This document shows positions 1 to 10,645 of a stretch of DNA of 64,000 bases, piece after piece. The translations under genes were made by a program, and so were the position numbers. The notes beneath the pieces are model-generated. The model made no database searches. It had not been told where the DNA came from and saw nothing but the letters and a program-made list of their open reading frames with translations. This DNA comes from Pseudovirgaria hyperparasitica (taxonomy: Eukaryota). Each line of letters starts with the position of its first letter. Position 1 is the stretch's first letter. The stretch is taken from the NCBI GenBank assembly GCA_010093815.1, contig ML996576.1, one strand, 5' to 3'.

Positions 1-1288
1 ACGACGCAGCAGCCCTCATTTATATTGAGCTGCAGACCTACCAGCACCCATTCCCTTAGACTCGGAAAAAGCTCCTGCACAAGAAAAGCGGATACGACAG
101 TTTTCGTGCTGTTGCGGCGCCGGTGCTACAGCGTACAAGATAGCGCCTAACGCAACGACTGTTGCCCTGGGCATGTCATACTGTATAACCTTGCAACGAG
201 GAATGTACCTGGACCATTTCCTAGAGCTGACATCGGTCTACGAATTGGATTGATAATAGCATTAGGATGTACACGGCGTTATGGCTTTCTACAGTGCTCC
301 TAATTAGTCTTTGATGCAGCCGTTTGTCCTGGAATGCGCCGTTCTTTTCCGGTAGACTTATAAAGCACCAATTCAATTTCTATATCTCAAAACCCTCCAG
401 TGTACCTAGGTATATCCCCACGACAGATTCGCGTATCTAATTTGGTCACACAGCGGCACAGACCACATGTCTCGCCACCATGAGCACGGAATAATGCAGA
501 CACACGACAGCTGTCGGACCACTACACATACGACACTCTACAGGGCTTGGCGAAAATGGATGCATATTCAGACGCTAGAAAATCCAGAGAGAGCCGCTAG
601 AAAGGGTGGGATGGCTAAAATAGAATCGAGGTGAACAGGTATTGGGCTCGGAGGAGGAAACTGCAGTACCATGTGATACAGGCATTTGCTGCGCTTCCAT
701 GGACGCAAATTCCTGTAATCTGTGTCAGTGAATACGTCAGAAATGTATGAACGGTATCGTCGCTTGGAACATAGGTGTAGGTGGTTGAACGTTTGCTCGA
801 GGTTCATTCCACTGCTTAAGACTGAGTCAATAGCCTTGTGTTCACAGATTGCGTCAGCGTGTACAAATCCATTAATCTCTTACTTGATGGCGTGTATATA
901 TTCATACAGAGCTGCGAGCTTTCACAAAATGTGTGGAACTTATGTCGATCCTCTCTTATGATGGAGTATGTCTGCGCGGCCGTAAATAGTCGGACAATGC
1001 CACTTGTTCAGCATACTGTTGTTGTCGCATATACCAATGATACGTATGATTACTGCCTCTATCGCCACTGTGAATGGTTTGTCAAGTGCTATATAGGAAG
1101 TGAAATGTTCACGGAGAGTGGGTTTCTCCACAAACAATCTTCAATACCTTTCCAAACTTACGACTTCGAACATCATCAACTTCCCAGCCTCACAACTTCA
1201 AAATAACCACTACCAAGCCACCATCTCCAACCCCATACTACACGAAGCCGAAATTTCCAAATAAAACAGACAATCAACCGTTTCTACC

Positions 1289-1438
1289 ATGATGGCTTGG
1301 AGAGCGTGGTCTTGCTGCCAGTGCAGGTCGATTACCCACTACGAGAACAAGACCTGCAGCAAATTGAGCTGCTGCCATGGACGGTGCAGTATCTGCGAGA
1401 TTGGAGAGTCTTCAAATAATGTATTCACTAAGAAGTGA
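1289..1438 (+). CDS. Small Cys-rich putative zinc-ribbon protein (49 aa), below the ORF-track cutoff
   Basis: Translates as MMAWRAWSCCQCRSITHYENKTCSKLSCCHGRCSICEIGESSNNVFTKK* with 8 Cys in a WxCCxC...C-x4-CCHxRCxxC pattern. Good context (ACC-ATG), an A/C-rich leader typical of fungal 5'UTRs, and TATATA at 1090-1095. Confidence 0.65.
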   Translation: MMAWRAWSCCQCRSITHYENKTCSKLSCCHGRCSICEIGESSNNVFTKK

Positions 1439-1614
1439 CGCCGGGATTAACGGTATCGGTATCAGTGGAGAATGGGTTAAAGGCTTCATAAATTATGAAT
1501 AACCAATAATATTGACAATTAGTTCGGATCAGCGCTTGGTCTTGATTGTGATGATCCAGTCGACATGACCTTCGTGAGTCTCATTTAATCCGTTTGACTG
1601 TAAACGTGTCGCCA

Positions 1615-3960
1615 TCAAAAATGCATAAAATCCCAATTCGTGTCTTCAAGTGTCCAATTCAGGGATTCCGGAACAAAACCACCTCCGACATTGGCGAATG
1701 TATCGATGGTGAAGTTTGGGCTTGTAAAAGGATCTTGCCATGTAGGTGAATACGTAGTGGTCAAAGCTGAATTGCTGGGTGATTGGGATGGGAAGGAATA
1801 CTGAGTTAAAGAACCTGACTCAGGAAGTGTACTATGAATAGCAGACGAACCATTTACAGCAGGCGCGGGCTGAAAGCCAGATTGGGTTGCTGGTGCTGCA
1901 TGTAATTGCGATGGTATAGATAGCATCGATAGGTCTCCTGAGGCTTGTACTGCGCTTATATTTGAATCATTCGAGAGACATGAACCAGAGCTGTGGTTGA
2001 TCGGTGATGCAGAACTAGGATTGAATCTCATCCTCAGGTGCATTTTGATGATATCAGCACTTCTCTGGAGTCCTGGAGCTAATAGAGCTTCAGATTCGAG
2101 CATCTGCAGCTTTGAGGCTAATCTTTCAGCGGCAGCGGCGGCGGAGGCTTCGTCTGGGGTCTTCAGATCGTGCACATCGATGGTCGCACCGGTGAATATG
2201 CAGTATGAGATCAAATACGTTTGATTCTTAAGGCGAAAGCTTCGTTGGTACAACTTGATAAAGTGATGTACGATAGAGCTTTCTTCCACGCACACACGTT
2301 GTGCTCTTCTGACCAAGGTTGGATGCTTGTATCGAGGATGAGAAGATATCAGAAATGGCCGATATAGAAGTATCAGAAGGACATGAGTCAGGATATTCAG
2401 AGAAAATATGTGAGGTGGTGGACAGTGCGTGATGGTGGCAGGATCTTCTACCTTAATGACATCTGGTAGCGCTGCAAAGAACGATCGAAGTTTTGTCTCG
2501 AGAGTTTGCGTTTCGATTTCGATAGTCTTTGAGTTGATAGTAGCAGAATATACAACGTTGTACATCTGAGTGGTGATCTTCGAGAGTCTCAAGAAATGAC
2601 GGAAAGTCAAGGAGTTGTAGCTCTTAGTGGGCGGATATGTAGGATCTGCGTCTGGCAATCCGTCCGGCTTCCAAAGAGTGTCGTCGTCCGAGTCATCCCA
2701 TAAACAATGATGCGTAAAAGGCATATCATTCAGCGTAGGTGGACGTCCCAAGCAAATACTCATTGTTTTGTCCCACACGTATGCAGATATGAGGACCCGC
2801 TTCCTCGCCTCGAGGTCATCAGGGCTTAGCTTGTCTGCGTCGCGCAGCTTCTGTGGACTGATGTGTAGGCCAATATCTTTAAGCATCCGAATAGCCATGC
2901 CTGTGTAAAGCCAGCCCTCGCTATTCCGACCCAATGCGCACTGCCGACCTCCTAGAATCAGGAGTCCCTGTATCGTGGCAATCTTCGGTTTGCTCTGCTC
3001 CATCTCAACTTGAAGAAGAGCCTTCGCCTTCGCCAAGAATCGTTCACCATATTCAATAGAATTGAAACGAGCATCATTGGGGTCCATGTGCCTTCCAGCA
3101 TGTGCATATATCACATTTAGGAGAAATGGCGAGAAATAAGGCCCACCCAAGGCAGAATCACGGACGAAACCTAAACTGTTCGTTAGTCCATATGGTTGTA
3201 TATCATTATGGCCTTAGGACCCACATCGACGATAAACACAATTATGCAACGGATGCTGCCACGTCCAGTAGTGTTGTAGAAGTGCACTTGATAGTGCTGG
3301 ATCCACGGAAGGATCGTTCCTTAAGTTTGCTAAGGTGAGTTTCTCCAATGAATGATGAAGATTTGCATTCGTACGAAGCCATTCGATATGTGCCGGTTTG
3401 TCGAAGAGCATTTGTTCGTTGTTGGAATATTCGACTCGCTCAGAATGTTCGTCTGGCATGTAGAAGCGCGAAGTAGTTCCAAAGTATTGTACCTGTATAC
3501 CCTGTCAACTTTATTGTCCAAAGGTGCACGAACATCTTGTGCTCCATGCAACCAGACTCACTTGACCGTGTTCATCAACACTTAATTCATCGCAAGGCTG
3601 AAGGGTGCCACAGCCACCTAGCGGCACCAACTTGGGAGCCGCATTTGACGAAGTGCTTGCATCTGCGTCAGAAACTCCGCATGCCTCTAAAACACGGGCA
3701 CGCTCGGTATCGTCCGAGATATCAAGCTTTCTGATTTGATCCTCTAGGAACGCGATTCGGTCCAGGGCTTGATGTAATTGGTTGCTGTCTGCCTCTGTAG
3801 GTTTGTATACGCAATGATCCCCGCGTTTCAAGCATCGTCTGCAAACAGGCCGTTCTCCATCGCATCGGATCTTCCGCTTGTTACATGCCGCACAGGCGAA
3901 GCCATAACGACGCGGCCCTTTGGATGCATTCGTTGCAGTAACACAGACTGCTCTATGCAT
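1615..3960 (-). CDS. Zn(II)2Cys6 fungal transcription factor with fungal-specific TF middle domain (NirA-like), 3 exons
   Basis: CAACNKRKIRCDGERPVCRRCLKRGDHC binuclear cluster. Intron 3561-3493 (GTGAGT..CAG) joins DEHGQ|VQYFGTTSRF. A second GTGGGT..CTAAC..TAG intron near 3224-3171 joins CVYRRC|FVRDSALGGPYFSPFLLN. Downstream motifs IQGLLILG, GWLYTGMAIRMLKDIGLH and WDKTMSICLGRPP. Confidence 0.92.
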
Positions 3961-4591
3961 ATCGCTTCGCACCTAGATTGCAGAGACGCTGGACAGGCTG
4001 TAGATTGGGGTAATCTCCGTCTCTGTCACAGACAAGATCGAAGTTGACCTGAACACTGGTGCTTACAGACATCATAGGTCGGTAAGATGCCGAAGCGCTA
4101 AGTCATTTTTGGCAATATTTGAAAGCGAGTCCAGTACTAGCTATTCTGGCCCGAGCATGTGAAGACTCGCTGCAGGAGATACAAGTTGAAGCTTTCCATC
4201 TCTGCTGATATGGCTAGATGCTGCTGTACAGAGAAAGGAGATGACATCTGAGGAGCGCATGGAAACTGGAGAGACAACAACATGCAGTTGATCTTGGATC
4301 CCGAGTATACACGCGTTAAAGGCTTTCGCCAATGAGTATGATGACGGGTTGAGAACGTGGTGTGGTATTCTAACAATATTTCGCGTAGCACCTGGACGTT
4401 GTCAAGTTTCAAAGGTGTTATTGCATTGGTAAAATGATACGCGAAATCGGATAAATTTACCTTACTTCCCGAAGTTGCGTGCATGAGCTAATGGATATCA
4501 TCTCTACGAAACGACCACGACCACGAACACGACATCACGACCATCACTATCAGTAGAGTCTTCTCTGACGAAGTGCAGCTGAGTCGACAGA

Positions 4592-5701
4592 ATGCTGATT
4601 GTATCCTTTATAGTCTTCTTCGGAACCATCTTCTATCTCACCCGCCGTCGCTCTGTCTACCTCCACGCTACCAACTCTGCAACACGAATCCTCCCATACT
4701 CTCCGAATACCCTCAATACCTTCGATCTATTCACAATAATCCTCGATAGTCTTCTCAAATACGTCCCTGGCCAAAGACCGTCACTCCAAATCCACAATGG
4801 TGGTTTCCTCCTTCCACGACTACACTTAGGTGGCATTCTTCGGATCCGCAAACAAGATTTGAACAATTTCAATACAGCGCGCGGCATCCGGTACAATGCT
4901 GACAGTGACATGATTGAGCTGCAAACTACGAATCCGATGTTCCTGGTCGCAGCCACAACGCCATTGTTGCTACTACTACTGAGCCATGCCGATTGCCCAA
5001 TTCAGCCTCTTGGATCGGTGAACACAACGAACAAGTTCAACTTCGCAGACCTTGCATTATGTCGCGACGTAAGAGGGCTATTGGCCGCAAGTAAAGCTGG
5101 GGAGCTCACATTCACAGCGGTCATGGGTGGGGAAGACCTGCTTGGCAAGAGAAAGAGACGAGGTGTCGAGTTTGAGATTGTGATTGAAGTCTGGAAGAAA
5201 GGCGCATTAGTGCTGTCAGCGCAAAGTTCATTCTTGCAATTTTTGTCCAAGAACGTGAAGCCGCTTTACGCAGGTGGGAACGAAGCACGGGCTGAGCTTG
5301 TGAACTTGAAAGTAGACAAAGATGTGTCTGTGAAGCTGCCTGCGAGTGCACCCAGGCACTGGGCAGCATGCTCGAAAGACTACAATCCTATCCATGTGTC
5401 CAACATGCTGTCAAAGCTATTCGGCTTCTCGTCTGTTGTGGCGCATGGAAACCATGTCGTGGCATTGCTTGTCGAGAATATTGGTCGGACCGCCACAAGG
5501 CCGAGTGCCAGTATGGATCTACGCAAGTTAGGTGAGTTGCTTTGGGCGCAGGAGTCAAGTGTAAGCCTCGATGTATCATTTGTCAAACCTGTGACACCTT
5601 TGCCTATTGCACTGGAAACCAGGATAATGGGGACAGGGAATGGAGTGGCCTTCGGCTTATTCAAGAAGGACGTGTTATGTGTGACAGGAAGTATATCGTG
5701 A
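4592..5701 (+). CDS. MaoC-like (hotdog-fold) dehydratase/hydratase with N-terminal hydrophobic anchor
   Basis: Intronless 369-aa ORF. SKDYNPIH...LFGFSSVVAHGN matches the (R)-hydratase D-x4-H motif. N-terminus is MLIVSFIVFFGTIFYL followed by RRR. Confidence 0.8.
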   Translation: MLIVSFIVFFGTIFYLTRRRSVYLHATNSATRILPYSPNTLNTFDLFTIILDSLLKYVPGQRPSLQIHNGGFLLPRLHLGGILRIRKQDLNNFNTARGIRYNADSDMIELQTTNPMFLVAATTPLLLLLLSHADCPIQPLGSVNTTNKFNFADLALCRDVRGLLAASKAGELTFTAVMGGEDLLGKRKRRGVEFEIVIEVWKKGALVLSAQSSFLQFLSKNVKPLYAGGNEARAELVNLKVDKDVSVKLPASAPRHWAACSKDYNPIHVSNMLSKLFGFSSVVAHGNHVVALLVENIGRTATRPSASMDLRKLGELLWAQESSVSLDVSFVKPVTPLPIALETRIMGTGNGVAFGLFKKDVLCVTGSIS

Positions 5702-6013
5702 TATTCAAACAATATTGAGAATGTATCCACGTAAATGAACCAGATGGAGAAAAGAAGTGTCACATGTCGACTTTGAAACTGGCGATAGACCACAATCAAG
5801 AAACAGACAACAGAGGGAAGTTTTAGATCCCGGCATGTTTCAGTGGTACTGATATCAAAACAGGGTCAACGTCGAACTGTTGCCTTTGCTACCTGCTGTT
5901 AATCCGAGGCAAGAACACGGCTGTCATACAGAAACTTAAACCTGAATTGTCGCTATGATACGGACTGTCTAGGTTATCATCTATGATCTTGAACGGGTCT
6001 TCGAAAAACAGAA

Positions 6014-6823
6014 TCAAGTAGTTGGATACCCCTGATGACCCTGGTGCAGGTTTGGCTTTTCCCTTGCCTCAAGAGTTAATAGTTCCCTTAGCTTCCGTAC
6101 AATATGCTTGTCCGTTCTTTTTCGACTCACTGCAAACCTTGACTTACTTTTCTCCTCCTTTGTCGGCGTGAGTGTCACTGTTGCACTCGCGTGGAACTCT
6201 CTCGCATCAGTCCGATCAAACAGATCACGTATATTGTCGGTCGTGATCCCACTTCCAGGCATGACAACAATCCTTCCTCCAGCCCGCGTCACCAGTCTCC
6301 GTAATCGTAATTCGCCGTCCAAGATGTTGTCTTTGCCGCCTGATGTCAGGATACGCGCACATCCAGTCGATATGACGTCTTCTAGTCCCTCGTCCTGGTC
6401 AACCACGTCGTCAAATGCCCGGTGGAATGTCACACTCATGCCCTTGGCTAGCTCTACGAACGCACGCGTCTGCTCTACATCGACACGTCCATCTGCCGTT
6501 AAGACACCAATAGCGATCCCATGGGCACCGAGCTTCTGACAGACCTCTATGTCGGCGCGCATGATGCTCAAGTAGTCGTTGTCGTATACAAAGTTTCCAG
6601 GCCGTGGTCGAATCAGGACATGCACTGGAATGCCGAGAACAGACAGAACATGCTTGATCAGTCCTTGTGACGGTGTGATACCGCCTTGCTCAAGGTTCGA
6701 GCATAGTTCGATTCGATCGGCACCACCGGCTTCAGCGGCGAGAGCCGATTGCAGGGAGTTTGCGCAAATCTCGAGAGTGGTCTGGGGAGGCGTGAAAGAG
6801 CGGGCGTGCGCGCCTACGTTCAT
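6014..6823 (-). CDS. cutC: CutC-family (copper homeostasis, TIM barrel) protein
   Basis: Motifs LEICANS, GADRIELCSNLEQGGITPS, VLIRPRPGNFVY, TFHRAFD, RILTSGG, MPGSGI and EFHAS. First ATG at 6823; intronless. Confidence 0.93.
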   Translation of the reverse strand: MNVGAHARSFTPPQTTLEICANSLQSALAAEAGGADRIELCSNLEQGGITPSQGLIKHVLSVLGIPVHVLIRPRPGNFVYDNDYLSIMRADIEVCQKLGAHGIAIGVLTADGRVDVEQTRAFVELAKGMSVTFHRAFDDVVDQDEGLEDVISTGCARILTSGGKDNILDGELRLRRLVTRAGGRIVVMPGSGITTDNIRDLFDRTDAREFHASATVTLTPTKEEKSKSRFAVSRKRTDKHIVRKLRELLTLEAREKPNLHQGHQGYPTT

Positions 6824-7385
6824 TGCTGTGGAGAGCACGAGGAGGCGATAGAATTTCGCGTCCCAGGTTCGTCACGACAGAGTTTGATAGATAAGTGACG
6901 GATAGGTCAAATCAAGGTGTCGTTATTCATGGACGTTGCTACGGAGCTCATGACGTCCTATTGAAGACGAGAGGATCGTGATGATTACCTCGGCCTTTGT
7001 TGAGAAGCTAGCAGGCTGCAGCAGGCTAGTAGAAGCCCGACGCTCTACACTGAGAGCGCCATAAAAAACTTTAAAGATTTGGCGATGATGGTCCAGATTA
7101 ATGTTTGAACATCGCCGCCCCCTTGATATGAACTTAAGGGAGCTGCACATGGGGCGCGAAATGCGGGGTCCGTTCGGTACCAGACACTACTTCTACGATG
7201 TCAACAAGGCTTCAAAAACTGCGGCGTCGTCTTCCCGGGCCACAGAGCTTCTCGAGCTGTAGAGGCTTTCAAGCCCTCCCAGCTTTGACGAGCCTTTATG
7301 CGGTGGCATCGATTCGAATAAATTCTGAGATACTGTCGTCGTGAGACTTGGTATATGTGTGTTACAGCACGCAAATAACGGAGAC

Positions 7386-9226
7386 ATGGACCCAATTACG
7401 ATCATTGGTACGGCTGGAGCTCTTTGCAACATCATCGATGTGCTCTATAAGACTATCCAGAGCGCAATCCAGCTCCGAAACCAATATTCGGATGCCGACA
7501 TGACCATGCTCAGCCTCATTGCCCAGCTCACAGCACTCAAGGCTGCGCTATCGAAAATCCAAGATATCATCGATGGTGACTCAGGAGATCTATACCATCA
7601 ATTCATAATGGATCTCGACACCTCGATCACTTGCGTGAGATTACTCATCGGCAAGATCGAAGGACAATTCTCTGAACTCAAGACGAATGAGAAGGGCATG
7701 GATTTTACGAGTAAAGTCAAGTTTGTGTTTGGCAGCAGAGGAGTTGAGGAGACGCAAAGGATGATTGACCACCAAACGAGCGCTCTTATCTTACTATTAA
7801 ATGCAATTACTTAGTGGGTGCCTTATAACTGTTACTGCTAGTCAATGTGCTGACTCAGAATAGCAAGACTGTCAGTGAGCAACAAGGTATCTTGGAAAAA
7901 TCAGAAACCCGTAAGGTCATGCAAAGGATGCAGTGGGACTCGGAAAGCCTGGTAGTTCACCGAGATACTGACTCGTTCTTTTCACGCTACACGGACAAAC
8001 TTTCAAAGTTGTCCCTGGTCTTTCATTTTGATCGGGAATTCTTGATAACAAGAGTTTATGAGAAAGCTCTAAGGTCATCTCTGAAACACGACCTGCGCAT
8101 AAAACAACGTAGAATGATCTCTGAATCTAGTAAAGAAGATAAAGCCCGGTCCGTGGCCATTGACCGGCGCCTGAAGCAAGATAGTCGTGGTCTGTGCCAG
8201 AACGTCAAAGTCCTACTATTTGGACTTGAAGATAGCGGAAAAGATGCAATGGTCAAACATATGAAGCTCAAGTCTGCAAATGGGTACACTCGCTCAGAAC
8301 TGATAGAGTGGCGACAGATGATCAAGGCAAAGCTACTCCGGAATGTATTTGTACTTCTCGATGCCATGGAGCAATGTGGCATTGAACCCGGAAATGAGTC
8401 TAACATCAGCCACTGTGAATTTCTCATGAGATGTCGCTTAGACAACCCCATGAATGGTCGACTAGACTTCCATATAGGCGTTGCTATCCAAGCCCTATGG
8501 AACGATCCGTGCATGGCTAAAGTTCTTAAGCATTCCGCTGGCACCGATTATACCTTGGACGGCGAAGCCCGATAGTAAGATCCAGCATTTCCAGACTTAC
8601 AGTGAGAACAACCGCTGACGAAGTGTAGTTTATTCGAGCAGACGTCACGCATCGTCCAGCCACATTACGAGCCCACTGTGGAAGACATCCTTAGAACAAA
8701 TGACGAATCAAGAGGAATCCGTGAGACAGATTTTGTATTTGAAACTTTCCAAATGACGATTTTCGATATAAACACGAGACAACTAGGCGAGCAGCAGAAG
8801 TGGATACACGCATTCGAGACCGTGACTTCCATCATGTTTGTGGTAGATCTTGCGGATTACGAATCGATACATTCTGACCATGATTCGGGAGGTATGACGG
8901 AATCTCTTACACTCTTTGACTCTATGGTGAACTCTCGCTGGTTCTCACGGTCGTCTGTGATCCTCTTCCTCACAAATATGCATGCTTTCAGGAATAAACT
9001 TTTGAGGACTCCTTTCTCAAGCTACTTTCCCGACTATACTGGGCCCGATGATGCAGCTGCGATCTTGCAGTACATTATCAAAAGATTCAATGCATGCAAC
9101 AGATGCCATCTCGACTTCTTTCCACATGTCTTGGAACTATCAGATCCTGTCAGTCTCAAGCTTCTCCTCAAGGCTGTTCAAGAGACAACGGTAAACAACG
9201 CCCTTAGGACTCTAGGCAAGATCTAG
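7386..9226 (+). CDS. Fusion of a fungal STAND-type N-terminal (HeLo-like) domain with a degenerate heterotrimeric G-protein alpha domain; 3 exons, 578 aa
   Basis: Exons 7386-7813, 7864-8574 and 8629-9226 total 1737 nt in frame. Introns are GTGGGT..CTGAC..TAG and GTAAGA..CTGAC..TAG. N-terminus MDPITIIGTAGALCNIIDVL..LSLIAQLTALKAALSKI. G-alpha landmarks: RSVAIDRRLKQD, VKVLLFGLEDSGK, IQALWNDP, YEPTVEDILRT, KWIHAFETVTSIMFVVDLADY, ESLTLFDSMVNSRWF, YFPDYTG. Confidence 0.88.
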
Positions 9227-9923
9227 CAGTCTTGAAAACAGGTTCCTCGCCCAACGCGAAAGCCCACGGGTACAACGGATCAGCATCCTCTGGACCAGCA
9301 CGGTGCTACAACAGTCAACCACCGTAATGGAGCTTTGAATGGAGTGAATATGCGCTGATTCCAGTCGCTGTCTGAACAAGCACGTCCTAACCATAATCCA
9401 TCGCTCCTTCGAATTGCTTTCTACACAATTTTCGCCCCCGAGGAGGTCACAAGCGCTGATGCTGAACGCCCTTGAAACCACAAGACATCAAGTGCGGTGA
9501 GTATTAGTGGTGAATAAGCGCAGCAAAAGTCAATGTTGGATTCATGCACAGTAAGCACAACAACATGGCTTTCAAGGCAGAAGCGCTGCTTTCGTACTAG
9601 GCTCTCAGCCTAAGATCAAAATTCCAAGGATATATATTGGATCTGACGCAGGAACCAGCACTTAACCGAGCTGGGCGAACGCCACCTGCAACAGTCCTGA
9701 ACGATACCTATAGCACAGAGAGCCTACTAATAACAGCTTTGGACGTCGTCTATACACTTTAGGCTGCGAAACGCACTGACCACCGCGAATGTTCCACTGT
9801 TTCTAGGTTGCTTTACAGACTTATCTCAAATCAGCCTTCGACAACACGTTGTGCGTGGAATCAAGTGGACGAAATGAGCAGGCCATGCGAGCTTGACTGT
9901 GTAGTAGCCTAGTGATGCCAAGG

Positions 9924-9930
9924 TATAAAA
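9924..9930 (+). promoter_or_regulatory. TATA box of LysM gene
   Basis: TATAAAA about 110 nt upstream of the ATG at 10037. Confidence 0.5.
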
Positions 9931-10036
9931 GCACGCTCATCTGCTGGATGTCCAGTCGAACATCATCAAAGCATATCCTCGACTATCGACGACTTCTTAT
10001 TTACTATACTACCGTCTCTTCGATAATCCAAAGACC

Positions 10037-10645
10037 ATGATGCTCATCCGCTCAGTCTCCGCCTTGATGACTCTCGGCTCGATTGCAGCAGCGAACCCCT
10101 TCCCTGCGTCATACTCTCTCACTACACGTCAAGATAATGAGGGCTGCAATGACAACTCGACTCGCTACACGTCCACGTCAGCGGGCTCTGTTTGCCTCTA
10201 CCGCCCTTCCGACTGCACAGCGACCACGCTCGTCGAGTCCGGCGATACTTGTAACAGCATCGCAGATCGTTTCAACAATTTCACCCTTTCCGTCTTCCGT
10301 TACTGGAACCCTGATATCGGACAGACATGTTTTGGACTTCGCGCCTACACTCCCGTGTGTATCGGAACACCATGGTACACGTTCACGCCTCCGGTACAGT
10401 CTCCCGATGGAACCATCGTTGGAACGACAGACTTGAACCCGACCCAGCTCCCCGTTCCAGTTATGCCAAGCATTGTGGAAGAATGCAACAGGTACTTCCT
10501 GGCTGGAAGCGGACAGAGAGTCGATGCGATTGCGCCTGCTGCAGGCGTTTCCGTGGAAGATATTTTGAGCTGGAACCCGACTTTGGACAAGGAGAATCCG
10601 GTGACATGGGCTGGGTACTGGCTTTGCGTTGGTGTCAGCGCATAG
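10037..10645 (+). CDS. Secreted LysM-domain protein (LysM effector-like, two Cys-containing fungal LysM modules)
   Basis: Signal-peptide-like MMLIRSVSALMTLGSIAAA. Modules VESGDTCNSIA..F..WNPDIG..C..L....VCIG and CNRYFL..SG....IA...GVSVEDILSWNP....WAGYWLCVGV. No catalytic domain. Confidence 0.9.
   Translation: MMLIRSVSALMTLGSIAAANPFPASYSLTTRQDNEGCNDNSTRYTSTSAGSVCLYRPSDCTATTLVESGDTCNSIADRFNNFTLSVFRYWNPDIGQTCFGLRAYTPVCIGTPWYTFTPPVQSPDGTIVGTTDLNPTQLPVPVMPSIVEECNRYFLAGSGQRVDAIAPAAGVSVEDILSWNPTLDKENPVTWAGYWLCVGVSA

Noticed and set aside
1..1206. Short ORFs at the window start
   Set aside because: Overlapping, mostly non-ATG starts, with no recognisable protein features.
7341..7814. Treating the HeLo-like ORF as a separate small gene
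   Set aside because: Its stop codon overlaps a GT donor, and a canonical 50-nt intron restores the frame into the G-alpha part.
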